Shown piece by piece: positions 9,724 to 20,719 of a DNA stretch of 64,000 nucleotides. Source of the stretch: a virus (lineage: Duplodnaviria; Caudoviricetes); the IMG/VR virus record IMGVR_UViG_3300025012_000083, positions 1,763 through 65,762 of that record. One strand, 5' to 3'. Positions within the stretch are counted from its first letter, which is position 1, and every line of letters starts with the position of its first letter. The position numbers and the translations under genes were made by a program. Below the pieces are notes generated by a model. It did no database searches. It worked only from the letters and a program-made list of their open reading frames with translations, and was not told where the DNA came from.

Positions 9724-11478
9724 TTATTTTTTAATGCAAGATGTCCAATCATCTTTTTTCTTACAAGAAAAACTATTTAATGGAATTTCTGTTTCTATTT
9801 TCTTAGGTTTTTTATTAAATTTTACTTGCAAATCTTTATCTGCATAAAGAAGTTTAAATTCCTTTTCCATTTCCTCAGTAGAAAGGTCTTTGTCTTGTAC
9901 TGATTTTACTTCTTCAAGAGTCAACACTTTAGAGAAATTTTCTACTAATTCAGCTTTAAGTTGAATTTGATTTTGCTCGAATGCTTCTTGTTGTGCTGTT
10001 TCTGTATTGGATTTAAATTCTGCGAGAGATTGATTAGATTGAGTAAGAGTTTCATTTTCTGATTTGATGGTGTTGAATTGTTCTGTTAGAGTAGAGATAC
10101 TTGTTTCATATTCTGTTACTTTAGATTCTAATGCAGAATATTTGGTTTGGACTTCTTCTAATTCAGGTTTAACTTTTTCATAATCAATAGTGATTGCTTC
10201 AAGTTTTATCTGAATTTCAGTTTTTTCTGATTCAAGTGCATTGAATTTTTCAGTAACTTCAGTAATTTTAGAATCAGTTTCTTCTTTAATTTGTTCAAAT
10301 TCAGAAGTTATAACTTCATCTATTTTAGTAAATAAAGAAGAATCATCTGCTTGTTTTGGCCTCCAATCAGGAATAAATTCCACCTTTACTTCAAAATCTA
10401 AAGTTACAATATCACCATTTAAACTATATGGAACACCATAATATGTATCCCAACTATTTGTGACTACAATAGCGTTATCATCTTTTAAATCCATCAAATA
10501 AAAACTACGTCTTTCTACTAATTCTCCCCAATAATTCTTTTTCATTTCAGTCATTGTTTGAAGTATTTTATCAATTTCTGTCATTAGTTGACTGTTACTT
10601 AAAGAAAATTGTTCTTTAATCTTACTTTCAATTTCTTCTAAACTTAATTCATCAATATTGAATGAAAAAGTTTCTACAGTAAGATTATATTTTTGCAATA
10701 AGTCTATTTTTTCTTGGTTATCCACTAACTCTTTACCTCCTTCTTCTGTGATGTTGTTTTGGTTATTTATATTATCAACATCTAAAATATTAGACGATTG
10801 ATTCTTTGAAAACAATTGAGAAATATCTTTTAATTCTTTCATCATTTCTGTAAATTTAATTTTAAAGTCATTTTTATTAAATAATTGTATATTACTTGCT
10901 TCAAAACAAGGTTCGACAGAATTAGACAATATACAAAATGCTGTAAATTGAAAATCTATAATCTCGTAATATCCAATATCTGAAAATGTGCCATTCGTGA
11001 CTTCAATTTCCATACTATGATTGAAAATCTTATCTTCTTTTAGTTTATTATAAGCATCTTGTCTTTTCCACAAGATAACATTAGTACAAAGATACTCATG
11101 TATTCCAGATTCATCCTCAATTTCTTCCCACCAATAGTCTGCACTCTCATAGACCACTCCGATTGGATGTGTATCATTTACTATTTCAATAGATTTAATA
11201 TTTCCATCTTCATTGGTTTCTACTTCTAAGTGAGCATCGTGTGATCCAAAATCACCTTTGTTTCCATTTTCATCTGTTGTATTTCGATCATAATTTGTAA
11301 CTACTGGGCAATTGTACATACTCTTAATATTTCTTTCAAAACTTTCTTTTGAAATGAAACTATTATTCCTATTAAGACCGTGATAAGCTATTCTAAGGAC
11401 ACCAGTATCAAAAGAAGAATTAATCTCAGTTATTTTATCAAGAGATGAAGAATAATTAAGATACATTGTTTTAGACAA
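9724..11478 (-). CDS. Prohead protease/scaffold (YonD-like)
   Basis: N-terminal protease-like domain (HSMEI, FTAFCIL, PCFE) with a long acidic coiled-coil C-terminus. Confidence 0.75.
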   Translation of the reverse strand: MSKTMYLNYSSSLDKITEINSSFDTGVLRIAYHGLNRNNSFISKESFERNIKSMYNCPVVTNYDRNTTDENGNKGDFGSHDAHLEVETNEDGNIKSIEIVNDTHPIGVVYESADYWWEEIEDESGIHEYLCTNVILWKRQDAYNKLKEDKIFNHSMEIEVTNGTFSDIGYYEIIDFQFTAFCILSNSVEPCFEASNIQLFNKNDFKIKFTEMMKELKDISQLFSKNQSSNILDVDNINNQNNITEEGGKELVDNQEKIDLLQKYNLTVETFSFNIDELSLEEIESKIKEQFSLSNSQLMTEIDKILQTMTEMKKNYWGELVERRSFYLMDLKDDNAIVVTNSWDTYYGVPYSLNGDIVTLDFEVKVEFIPDWRPKQADDSSLFTKIDEVITSEFEQIKEETDSKITEVTEKFNALESEKTEIQIKLEAITIDYEKVKPELEEVQTKYSALESKVTEYETSISTLTEQFNTIKSENETLTQSNQSLAEFKSNTETAQQEAFEQNQIQLKAELVENFSKVLTLEEVKSVQDKDLSTEEMEKEFKLLYADKDLQVKFNKKPKKIETEIPLNSFSCKKKDDWTSCIKK

Positions 11479-11520
11479 TATTTATCACCTCCTTTCAAAT
11501 ATTAATAAAAATTTTGGATA

Positions 11521-11721
11521 TTAAAAAGTCATCTTGTTACTAATGATGCATTTTGACTTATCAATCTGATTAAAGTTAAATTTATTGTTGGCATCAATTG
11601 CAAAAACCCAACATTTTTTATTATCAATGTGAGTTTCTTGAAAAAGTTTTAATTGTTGTGATTGGAGTTTTAGTTTTTCTTGTTCGTCAAAACAGTATAT
11701 GAATGACATTATAATTATCAC
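11521..11721 (-). CDS. Small hypothetical protein
   Basis: 66-aa ORF upstream of the scaffold gene. Confidence 0.5.
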   Translation of the reverse strand: MIIIMSFIYCFDEQEKLKLQSQQLKLFQETHIDNKKCWVFAIDANNKFNFNQIDKSKCIISNKMTF

Positions 11722-11755
11722 CTACTTTTTGTGTTTAGATTTATTGTTGTTATTT

Positions 11756-13078
11756 TTATGATGCTTTTACTAGGATGTTTAATTCTTTTGTAAGAATTAC
11801 TTCTATGTTTTTAAAATCCCAATAGGGGATACGAATTAGTTTTATATTGTGTTTTTTACAATAATCATCTTTAAGTTTGTCATGTATTTGTAATGTCTCA
11901 AAACCATCGTCTTCGTACTGTTTTTCATAATGAAATTCACCGTCATACTCAATTAACATTCTTAACATTGTTTTTTCTTCATCATAAAATATTGGCACGT
12001 CATACTTTAATAGTCCTCCACCAACCCCTCTTAGATCATTAAAAGTATATTGTGAACCATGTGGAACATTATGTTTAATTAATATAGCGTCTAATTGTTT
12101 TTCTCCTTTAGATTCAGAACATTTTGGACAACCAGTATTCGAAGATGTTCTACTATTTGGTTTTACTTTCCATTCATGATCACATTTCTTGCATTGCCAC
12201 CATATGTATTTTTCACTACCGTAAGTAACATCATAAGGAGTTAAATCACCATTCTTTGTCGGATGCCACTCAGAAGCAATTTCAGGAAATTTAGTCGCTA
12301 AACAATTAGACAAACCCACTTGTTTACTAGCACAAAAAGAACAACTACAACCACTTGAAATATTGTCCCATGTTTGATGGAATTTTTCTTTGCAACCTTC
12401 TTTTAAACATTGCCATTGAAGTTTTATACGATTATTTTTATATTCTGTACTTAACAATTCAAATGGTTTGCTATTTAACTTGCACCATAATTTTATATTT
12501 TGGATAGAATAAGGATTACTATCATCTGCTATATGAAGATTACTTAATTTTTTTAAGTCACTCCATGTTTTTGTGTATGTATATCCATAGCTATCTGTCA
12601 TTATTAATTTTATTTTATGATTAATAAATTCATTAAGTAAATTCAAATCTGGATAATTTTTATTTAAGAATAATTTAATATTCTGCGTTGAATAAATATT
12701 TTTCTCACTAACAAAAGCATGATTACTATCAATATTTTTATATAAGTTCCTCCAAGTTAAATTATAATAATATCCATCATCGTCACATAAAATTAAATGA
12801 GAATCTTCATTCTTATATTCATCAGATATTAAATAATATTTAATCTTATAATTTTTTAAAAATAGTTTTATGTTTTGTATAGAATATGGATTAGATGAAT
12901 GTACAAATTTTGGTCTTATACCATTACGAAATGAATTCCAAACAATTGTATAATAATAACCTTTATTATCTTTAATAATAAGTATTCCTTTACTTCCTGT
13001 ACATTCTTTACTGACCAGTTCATAACCAAATGACTTCAAATATATTCTAACATCATTTGTTTCCAATTTATTACTCAT
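11756..13078 (-). CDS. Free-standing endonuclease (zinc-ribbon repeats plus Vsr/PD-(D/E)XK-like C-terminus)
   Basis: Repeated NPYSIQNIK units, ASEWHPTKNG...WWQC..CDHEW Zn-ribbon, SKGE...IEYDGEFH...IRIPYW. Confidence 0.8.
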   Translation of the reverse strand: MSNKLETNDVRIYLKSFGYELVSKECTGSKGILIIKDNKGYYYTIVWNSFRNGIRPKFVHSSNPYSIQNIKLFLKNYKIKYYLISDEYKNEDSHLILCDDDGYYYNLTWRNLYKNIDSNHAFVSEKNIYSTQNIKLFLNKNYPDLNLLNEFINHKIKLIMTDSYGYTYTKTWSDLKKLSNLHIADDSNPYSIQNIKLWCKLNSKPFELLSTEYKNNRIKLQWQCLKEGCKEKFHQTWDNISSGCSCSFCASKQVGLSNCLATKFPEIASEWHPTKNGDLTPYDVTYGSEKYIWWQCKKCDHEWKVKPNSRTSSNTGCPKCSESKGEKQLDAILIKHNVPHGSQYTFNDLRGVGGGLLKYDVPIFYDEEKTMLRMLIEYDGEFHYEKQYEDDGFETLQIHDKLKDDYCKKHNIKLIRIPYWDFKNIEVILTKELNILVKAS

Positions 13079-13175
13079 ATTATATCTCCCTTCATATAGA
13101 AATCCCTAATATATTATAAAGTGGCAGGAAGTAGGGAAACTTCTTTTCGATCCGTCGATCTAGCCACAAAATTTT

Positions 13176-14795
13176 CTATCTAATATTACTTTCCTTATCC
13201 TGCCCAATAATCGTTGCGTCTGAAGGCGTAGAAGTCTTTGGTGCTCCTCCGGTATTGTCAGAATTTGTTGCTTGATTCATATTCACAGGAACACGCCAGT
13301 TTCCCTTAGATTTGGTCAGATTTTCATACTGTAATGTTGCATCGTAATCGCAATCTGTATGTCCAACTTTGCTTGACAAGACGCTTAACGAACCTCCGAT
13401 TGAAGTTAGTTTATATTCTTGTTCTATAGCCTCTGTTTGATTATACCAAGTGATTTTCCATATATTCAGTTTAAATGTGTACTTTTTCCTTAAATTTACA
13501 TTGCTTATGCGATAATTAAACCAACTTTGAATTTTATCAAGTATACTAAATACATTTGATTGAATATATACCAAGTTTTGAGTTACACCTACTGATGAAT
13601 TTGTACTAGAACCTCCAAGCAACAAAGGATTAGCTCCAGCTTGCATATATGCCATTGATTTTGCAAATTCAGCTAAACTTTCCTTTTCATTTTGCACACT
13701 TTTAAAAGAAATTTCTTCTAATTTGTAAGGACTACCGACCACGCAAACCGATTCTGGCAAACCTTGACTTACAACATCTACCCAAGAAGAAACGACTTCA
13801 GGTTCTACCAATGGGATGCCAGTTTCTTGGTCAGTCGGGAAATTAATGAAGACCATTTTTAATTTTTGATCCCTAGAACTCTCAATTTCTTCATCAATTA
13901 AATCATTTAACAAAAATAATTCTGTAAACAATTGACTATATAAAGGCAAGAAAAATGTATCATTATCTCCACCTAATTTAATACAACACACTTTTTCATT
14001 TGGCAAAGGTTGCCATTCAGGATATCTTAATTTATCAGGATTTTTTCTATACCTATCATACAAAATTTTAAATTCAGCAGGATATACTCCCCATGCAAAT
14101 TCAGATAATTCATTATCTCTTGATAAATCATCAAAATATTTGAAGTTAAACTCAACCTTATATTGTCCACTTTTTATTGAATATAATCTAATATACTTTA
14201 TTGGCAAATCCCATAGATAAGGAAAATCTCCATCGTTTTTCTCGAATCCACAATATGCACCGTATCTAACTATACTTTCAATAATTCTTCTTCCGGTTTT
14301 CTTTATATCAATATTTTCTATATAATCTCTAACTGTATCAAATTCATTTTCAAAATTGTTTAATATTTTATCAAACGCATCTTGATCTATTGGATTACCT
14401 AATTCATCAAATTTAGTTTTTGCTTTTAACTCTAAATTTAATTTTCTCATTGTTGATTTTGTTGGCTGAAGATAATTATCTAAAGTTGCCATATTTGAGG
14501 TTAGATTAACTAATGTTTTATATATTCCTTCAGGAGCATATAATAAATCAGATAAATCTAGAATTTCTGTTTGATATTTATTTGGATTATGTAACCATAA
14601 TTTTATTTTGTCTATTGTAATGTTTTTGTTGTTTTTTGTTGATTTTTTGTTAGAGAAAAATGAAGCAATACGAGATAATGAGAAGTTTTTTGATTTTGAT
14701 GGTTCCCATGATTCTTTTAATGCGAATAGGTTTGGAGAGAGTGGGGAGGAAGTTGGTGTTTTGTTTTGGTCTGACAAGGATTGACCTCCTTTCAT
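13176..14795 (-). CDS. Portal protein (YonE-like)
   Basis: 539 aa immediately downstream of the terminase large subunit. Confidence 0.75.
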   Translation of the reverse strand: MKGGQSLSDQNKTPTSSPLSPNLFALKESWEPSKSKNFSLSRIASFFSNKKSTKNNKNITIDKIKLWLHNPNKYQTEILDLSDLLYAPEGIYKTLVNLTSNMATLDNYLQPTKSTMRKLNLELKAKTKFDELGNPIDQDAFDKILNNFENEFDTVRDYIENIDIKKTGRRIIESIVRYGAYCGFEKNDGDFPYLWDLPIKYIRLYSIKSGQYKVEFNFKYFDDLSRDNELSEFAWGVYPAEFKILYDRYRKNPDKLRYPEWQPLPNEKVCCIKLGGDNDTFFLPLYSQLFTELFLLNDLIDEEIESSRDQKLKMVFINFPTDQETGIPLVEPEVVSSWVDVVSQGLPESVCVVGSPYKLEEISFKSVQNEKESLAEFAKSMAYMQAGANPLLLGGSSTNSSVGVTQNLVYIQSNVFSILDKIQSWFNYRISNVNLRKKYTFKLNIWKITWYNQTEAIEQEYKLTSIGGSLSVLSSKVGHTDCDYDATLQYENLTKSKGNWRVPVNMNQATNSDNTGGAPKTSTPSDATIIGQDKESNIR

Positions 14796-14814
14796 TGTGT
14801 TTTATTTATTTTGG

Positions 14815-16653
14815 CTATCGCCTTGCTCTGCTTGATTTATTTGCTATTGCGAAGTATGATGATGGGGAGATGTTTGTTGGACGTTTTTTACCAGTTACAT
14901 GTTTTCTTCTTAATTCAGATAAATGCCATGCTAACATTGCACAAGCATATGCTCTATCGTCATTCATTTTATGTATTTTATCTGATGGTAAATCATATCT
15001 GCAATTTCCATTTGAACTTTCAAACCTATAAATATTAACAAGTTCTTCTTTAAGAAGATCAATTTGTACCAATGCCATTTCTTCCTCAAACGATAATTTG
15101 TATATACTTGATTTTATTTCCTCTCCTTCTGTTTCATTCATGGTCAAATAGCCTTTACCATCGTATGTTTCAGGAAAAGAGATTAAATCTAAATTCATCA
15201 TTTCAATTAATGCTTCAAAAAGTTGTTTTTTATATTTTTGAGGAGATATTAATTTAAGTTTATCAACTGCATTTGGAAATTTAGACACATAATCTATAGA
15301 TTCAATTTTATCAATCAATCCTCTATGTTTGTTACCTTGTTTATCCACCCATTCTTCCATGAAATAGTCAGCAATATTTACTCCTCCTCCTCCAGAACCC
15401 GCATCAATGCCCAATATCTCAAGATTTTCATAATCTGCTGATGATTTTCCATTATAATCAAGTAACATTTGTTTAACCAATTCTACTTGTTCAGGTGTTC
15501 TCATAGGAGTCTTTTTCTTTTTAGCAATATCAACAAAACTTACCCCACTACTAATTTTTAACTTATATCCTACAATGTCATCTAAAATAAATTCCCCAAC
15601 CACACACACAGAATTATCGTAACTACGTGCAGGATCATACATAATACCAAATTTTCCACCAGTATTGTTGTATAAAGTCGGAACTCTTAATTCTGAGTTT
15701 TTTATAATAGTGGCACGTTTTACAATCTGATTATTGCCTCCTTCAGTTGTGAAGATATTTTTGTACTCGCGGAGGGCTTTTTCTTTATTTTCTCTCATTG
15801 CAGAATCAATTTTATCTTGAGTTAATAATGCAACTGGGTATAATTTTCCATTATATGTAGCATTCATTACGATATCAGAACTAATGTCTGCTACAAAAAA
15901 TCTTTTATCCCCTAAAAACATTTTTTTGCTAAAATCTCTATATTTTCTAAAAAAATATGTATCAATGCTAGATGCTGATGAAGCATATATTAATTGATTT
16001 GGAAATTGTTTTGGATATAATGTAACATCAATATCTCCACCTAATTTGAAGTCAGCATTTTGAGTTGTAAAAGGTTCAGAAGTTGTAAACAATTCATCTG
16101 AAGCAAATCCTGACTCATCGTAAAAATTTAAATTTGAGCGTTTTGAGCGATTTGAGTCCACAGCCCCATTTAGAGAATGAATAGTACTTCCATTATAAAG
16201 AGAACATTTAAAACTAGCAGGGTTATGAGTAAAACCATCTGTATTAGCAGCAGATTTTACTGTTTCGTTTAAGAATACATCTGTCAAACCAGTAAACGAA
16301 GCAATATTATTCTTAGCAATATTTTCAATTTTCATAAACATTTCTTGACTTTGTGACCCGACACCTGCCAATATATATGTATTAAAGTTTGGTATAAGCA
16401 TTGATTTTGTCATTATAAAAGGAGAACCTAATGTAGTTTTGCCCCCATTCCTCCCCATACACCAAACACAGAAAGGAGTTGTCCAACTTTCCATAAAAAT
16501 ATATTTCTGATAATCCAAAAGATCAATTCCAAACATTAATTCGACGAACCTCAGAGGCCACTTACGTCCCCATTGAATGATTTCAGCAAGTTTTAAATAT
16601 CCATCAATCTTTCTTTGAGACATCATTTTATTATCCATTAATAATGCCACCAC
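14815..16653 (-). CDS. terL: Terminase large subunit
   Basis: Walker A MGRNGGKT, Walker B FYDESG, nuclease motifs YDPARSYD and DDRAY. Confidence 0.9.
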   Translation of the reverse strand: MVALLMDNKMMSQRKIDGYLKLAEIIQWGRKWPLRFVELMFGIDLLDYQKYIFMESWTTPFCVWCMGRNGGKTTLGSPFIMTKSMLIPNFNTYILAGVGSQSQEMFMKIENIAKNNIASFTGLTDVFLNETVKSAANTDGFTHNPASFKCSLYNGSTIHSLNGAVDSNRSKRSNLNFYDESGFASDELFTTSEPFTTQNADFKLGGDIDVTLYPKQFPNQLIYASSASSIDTYFFRKYRDFSKKMFLGDKRFFVADISSDIVMNATYNGKLYPVALLTQDKIDSAMRENKEKALREYKNIFTTEGGNNQIVKRATIIKNSELRVPTLYNNTGGKFGIMYDPARSYDNSVCVVGEFILDDIVGYKLKISSGVSFVDIAKKKKTPMRTPEQVELVKQMLLDYNGKSSADYENLEILGIDAGSGGGGVNIADYFMEEWVDKQGNKHRGLIDKIESIDYVSKFPNAVDKLKLISPQKYKKQLFEALIEMMNLDLISFPETYDGKGYLTMNETEGEEIKSSIYKLSFEEEMALVQIDLLKEELVNIYRFESSNGNCRYDLPSDKIHKMNDDRAYACAMLAWHLSELRRKHVTGKKRPTNISPSSYFAIANKSSRARR

Positions 16654-17722
16654 TTTTTATTTTTAATAATCTCAACTCTTCTTCAAGTTCAGCATTTTTA
16701 AAATCTAATTTTTCAATTAGTTCTCTCTGTTCATTTATCATTGCACTATAATCATTTTCATCAAATTGAAGTTGTTTTCTAATGCTTTCATTACTCATAT
16801 CTGCAACCTGTTTCATACCTTCACATGTTTCAATGTCATAAAGGTTAACTTCTACTTCCATAAAACCTTTTTCTTGAAGTTGCTTCATTATTCCAGATAA
16901 TGTTCCGGCGCCTTTAGATTTCTTATTTGAGTGATTTACAGAAATACCATTATCCTTTGCCATTGCAAGAATAGCACGATACATTTTATCTTTTGCTTCA
17001 AATAGAGACTTAATTCCACCAACTTGACTTTGTACAGATCCTATATCGCTAGTCATTAGTGCTAATGCTTGGTTTATTTTATCTATTTGATTAAAACTTT
17101 TTGCTATTTCTATAACTATGGGTAATTTAAAAGAATCCTCAAGAGTTGATTCATCTAACATATCAACTAAAGAGTTATATAACCCCTTTTGATCCAAAGG
17201 ATTTTCATTCTCAAATGGATCATAACCAACCATCCGAATCACATCATCTTTATTACGTTTGTCTTCTTCAGTCCACTCAACATTTTCTCCTGTTTCAAAT
17301 ATATTTCTTTCTCCACTAACATCAATAAGAGTAGAATCAAAAAATGTTTTTGAACTATACTGAGGCAAACTATTAATTTTTTGAAAATAAATACCAGCTA
17401 TATTTGTATTTCCATTGGTAGCTTGTTGTGCTACACTTGGATACAAGTTTGAATCAAAATATACATCTAATAATCTACATAAAAAATACAATGCAATTTT
17501 TGTATCTTCATATTTATTAACTAGGAATGAATATAATTCAATTACGCATTCTTTACATACTACCATCCTATGATCATTCCCTTTTAGGATAATAGAATTA
17601 GATTTATAATAGTCTTTATCTTTTTGTTTGTCTTTGGTACAACATACACATTTGTATAATATTTTTTCTTCTTTAACTTGTGGCAAGGTACTATTTGCCA
17701 CTTTTTTAGGTCTTCCTGCCAC
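16631..17722 (-). CDS. Zn-finger protein upstream of TerL (possible small terminase subunit)
   Basis: CxCC and CKEC motifs, coiled-coil C-terminus, overlaps terL; GTG at 17722 with RBS is the likely start. Confidence 0.55.
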   Translation of the reverse strand: MAGRPKKVANSTLPQVKEEKILYKCVCCTKDKQKDKDYYKSNSIILKGNDHRMVVCKECVIELYSFLVNKYEDTKIALYFLCRLLDVYFDSNLYPSVAQQATNGNTNIAGIYFQKINSLPQYSSKTFFDSTLIDVSGERNIFETGENVEWTEEDKRNKDDVIRMVGYDPFENENPLDQKGLYNSLVDMLDESTLEDSFKLPIVIEIAKSFNQIDKINQALALMTSDIGSVQSQVGGIKSLFEAKDKMYRAILAMAKDNGISVNHSNKKSKGAGTLSGIMKQLQEKGFMEVEVNLYDIETCEGMKQVADMSNESIRKQLQFDENDYSAMINEQRELIEKLDFKNAELEEELRLLKIKSGGIING

Positions 17723-17739
17723 AAGGTCACTTCCTTTAA

Positions 17740-18948
17740 TTAAACTACATTTTTCCAAGATTTATTAGTTTTTATATTATAAATTGCAGCGTCTTTCATA
17801 CCATATTCTTTTGAAATATAGGTAATTGGAAACCCTTTGTCTAATAATTCTCTAATTCTAATTACTTCATCTCTTGTTAGTCTTTTATATTCTTTTATAT
17901 TTCTTTGTTTATTTTTAATAGTTTTTTCTTTTATTTCTAGAATTTCCTTAAATTCACCATCAAAGTATTTACTTTTAAACTCTTCAAATTGATCTTGAGT
18001 ATTATTTGTAAGACCATACATAACATGAAACAGCTTATGTAATTTTCTTTTAAGTGGTATCCCTAAACCATGCTTATAATTTAAATCCAAAAAGCATTTA
18101 TTTATTTTTTTAATTTCTTCATCAGAGTATTTAAGCATGTTGTCATAAATTGGCAATTCTAATAAGTTTAATGTCTCAGCAATAATATCACTAAAATTTT
18201 CATTGGCATGATGTATTTGTAAATCTCTATTATTTTCACCTGTGAATGCACATTTATAGTCATACACTTTTAAACTATCATTCTTCCATTCATTCAAAAT
18301 GCTTCTAAAATAAGTGTGTAAAGGAGTTAGACCGCCTTTCCAATTCTTATTGTTAGATCCTCTGTTATTTATACCTATTTTCCTTCTTTGCTCGACTGGC
18401 ATAATATAACCCTTATGTGCCTCGCTATTTATTTTAAATAACATTTCATCGCTTCTACATACTCTCAATTTAGTAGCCTTATTTTTTATAGCGTCCCATG
18501 TTCTATCTTTAAATCCTTCTTGTAATTTATCTTGTGGCATACTTGGATAATTAATTTTTAAGAAATTAATATCTTCGTCATTCCAATTATCGTTCTTTTC
18601 TGTCTTTCTAATATTCCATTGATAAATTATATTAGTTAGTGTCTTATAATTCGAATTTGGAAATTTATTAATTAATTCTTTTCTACCTATTTTTAAATAG
18701 TTATCGTATATCCATTTAATATCTTCAAATAACCACTTGTTTTTGAAGATATTTGATCTATCTTGATACCAACTATAAATATCAAAATCATCAGTTTGTT
18801 TGTATTTCCCTTTGACGCATTCTTTGCATTTTGTTCGATACCCTTCTTTTGCAGTTTCTTCTTTGTAAAAATTTTCTTCCGTAAGTTCTTTTTCTTCTCC
18901 ACATTGAGTACATGTTCTCATTTTAATCTCTTGATTTTCTACTAACAT
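17740..18948 (-). CDS. HNH-type homing endonuclease-like protein
   Basis: CTQC...CKEC Zn finger, NWKGG, YKCAFTG...LQIHH...HKLFH..YG HNH-like core, C-terminal HTH. Confidence 0.75.
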   Translation of the reverse strand: MLVENQEIKMRTCTQCGEEKELTEENFYKEETAKEGYRTKCKECVKGKYKQTDDFDIYSWYQDRSNIFKNKWLFEDIKWIYDNYLKIGRKELINKFPNSNYKTLTNIIYQWNIRKTEKNDNWNDEDINFLKINYPSMPQDKLQEGFKDRTWDAIKNKATKLRVCRSDEMLFKINSEAHKGYIMPVEQRRKIGINNRGSNNKNWKGGLTPLHTYFRSILNEWKNDSLKVYDYKCAFTGENNRDLQIHHANENFSDIIAETLNLLELPIYDNMLKYSDEEIKKINKCFLDLNYKHGLGIPLKRKLHKLFHVMYGLTNNTQDQFEEFKSKYFDGEFKEILEIKEKTIKNKQRNIKEYKRLTRDEVIRIRELLDKGFPITYISKEYGMKDAAIYNIKTNKSWKNVV

Positions 18949-19248
18949 CTATAATTCCTTCTTTCCGTATATTTTTGAATCCCCGTACTATAAAAAAGTA
19001 AAAGAAGATAGGGTACGGAGATGAAGGAGCTACCTTCAAAAACCTATCTTCTATGCCTATATTTTCATAGACACAAAGACGTATTATTGCTAATACGCCT
19101 ATAATCCACAAAACTTTATAATCATTACTATTACAATTCCCATCCACACAGAAGACACCTGATTGCTCAAGCGTCTTATAACTTACAAAACATTATTTAT
19201 TATTAGATTAAAAGGTACGACATTTAGTGGTGAACCTACAAATTTAAC

Positions 19249-20109
19249 TTATTTCAATTTCTTAATACCACCATCACCAACCATAATTTTATCTATCTTC
19301 TTCAATTCCTTAATAGACTTTTCTGCTCTAACTGGCACTATTCTATTAGGATACTCCTTAACCAAATCACTATAAATCTCTTTCCATGTATAATTTTTCT
19401 TTACCATCCAAACTATCTCTTCTTCGATTTCTTTTATCTCTTCTAAATCTCTTGTAGATAAGAAATCTCTAAGATTATCACGTTCTTTTAAATCTAAATA
19501 TTTCTTAATTTCTTTAGCATACATTCCATAAAGCATGTCATATGTAGTATTCGTAATACATGCATATGGATTGTAAAAATGACTTAACTCTCCACGACTT
19601 TTCAATATGGACATTGCTTCAGTTTCTTTGTTTCTTTTGATTGTTCCTATTTCTCTTGCTACTAATTGCTTTAATTCATCTGGCGTAATTGCTTGAGTTA
19701 AAATTGCTTCCTTGATATAAAAGTAATCATTAATTACAGCTTTATATTGGATAATAGATAATTCACTGTCCATAAATTTCAACAGTAAACTATATCCACG
19801 TTCAGACAATAAGAAGATATTATTACTAACTTTAATTGCTTGATTTGTAAATATCTTACTGCCGACCAAAACGGCAGTTGCTTCTTTACTGTCTTTTAAG
19901 TCAAGATAATGAATTCCTATATCAAAATGCTTTATATTTTTATTTATTAATTCATTTATATGACTTGGCTTTTTATTGTGCAATTCTGCTACAGTTTTTG
20001 CTAAAATTACTCTTTGATCTCCACCAAAACCACCATAAACATTAGGGACATCAATTCCGCATACTTTTGTTGTACCTTTTATTATTAACTCATTAATATT
20101 ATTTTCCAT
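19249..20109 (-). CDS. ORF6N-domain antirepressor-like protein
   Basis: GGFG.DQRVILAKTVAELH...INELIN.N...F and LLSERGYSLLLK motifs. Confidence 0.75.
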   Translation of the reverse strand: MENNINELIIKGTTKVCGIDVPNVYGGFGGDQRVILAKTVAELHNKKPSHINELINKNIKHFDIGIHYLDLKDSKEATAVLVGSKIFTNQAIKVSNNIFLLSERGYSLLLKFMDSELSIIQYKAVINDYFYIKEAILTQAITPDELKQLVAREIGTIKRNKETEAMSILKSRGELSHFYNPYACITNTTYDMLYGMYAKEIKKYLDLKERDNLRDFLSTRDLEEIKEIEEEIVWMVKKNYTWKEIYSDLVKEYPNRIVPVRAEKSIKELKKIDKIMVGDGGIKKLK

Positions 20110-20713
20110 TTGTGGCTGTATCCTTTCTATTACTTCTACACTTTTCGTACCCTATGGTGTCGAATAGTCGAGGAACAAGAATATTGATGTTTTTACCACA
20201 ATAAAGAAGATAAGGATTAACCAAATAAAAGGTTTCCTTACCTAGTTCATAACTTACTATTGCTAATTTCTCTCTAAGACTTTTCATATTTCTATTTACT
20301 GTTTTTCTATTAATATCTAATATATTTGCTAATCCAATTTGATTTAATGGATTGTCATCTAAATCAACAAGTAAATTCATTTCCCATTTTAAATATGGAG
20401 ATAAAGAATATAAAAATGCTATCTCACTTTTTGTTATTCCATATTGTTCTGTTGCATGAGCAATTTCTAAATTAAATACTTTTGTAAAATGATCTTTAGG
20501 TTTCCAATGTTGTTTCTTAACATCTTTTACAAAAAGAGAAGCAGTTAAAGTATTATCTTCATCTTTTTTAAGATATTGTTTTATAAAGTCTCCAATTTCT
20601 TTTTGTGCTTTTATATCCTTAAACGTATCAACATCACTAGCAAAAATATCTGCTAATATCCGCATAGTTTTATCTTCCATTGTAGACATCACCTCTTTCA
20701 TCATCACAGACAA
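20099..20713 (-). CDS. HTH DNA-binding protein, RepL/MarR-like
   Basis: LNQIGLANILDINRKTVNRNMKSL HTH followed by YLVNPY. Confidence 0.6.
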   Translation of the reverse strand: MSVMMKEVMSTMEDKTMRILADIFASDVDTFKDIKAQKEIGDFIKQYLKKDEDNTLTASLFVKDVKKQHWKPKDHFTKVFNLEIAHATEQYGITKSEIAFLYSLSPYLKWEMNLLVDLDDNPLNQIGLANILDINRKTVNRNMKSLREKLAIVSYELGKETFYLVNPYLLYCGKNINILVPRLFDTIGYEKCRSNRKDTATNGK

Positions 20714-20719
20714 ATAAAA

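Noticed and set aside
8284-15257. Plus-strand ORFs opposite capsid, scaffold, portal and terminase genes
   Set aside because: Antisense shadows of real genes, without RBSs or protein-like composition.
18923-19147. 74-aa minus-strand ORF upstream of the HNH gene
   Set aside because: Overlaps the structured leader and lacks a clear RBS; probably non-coding.
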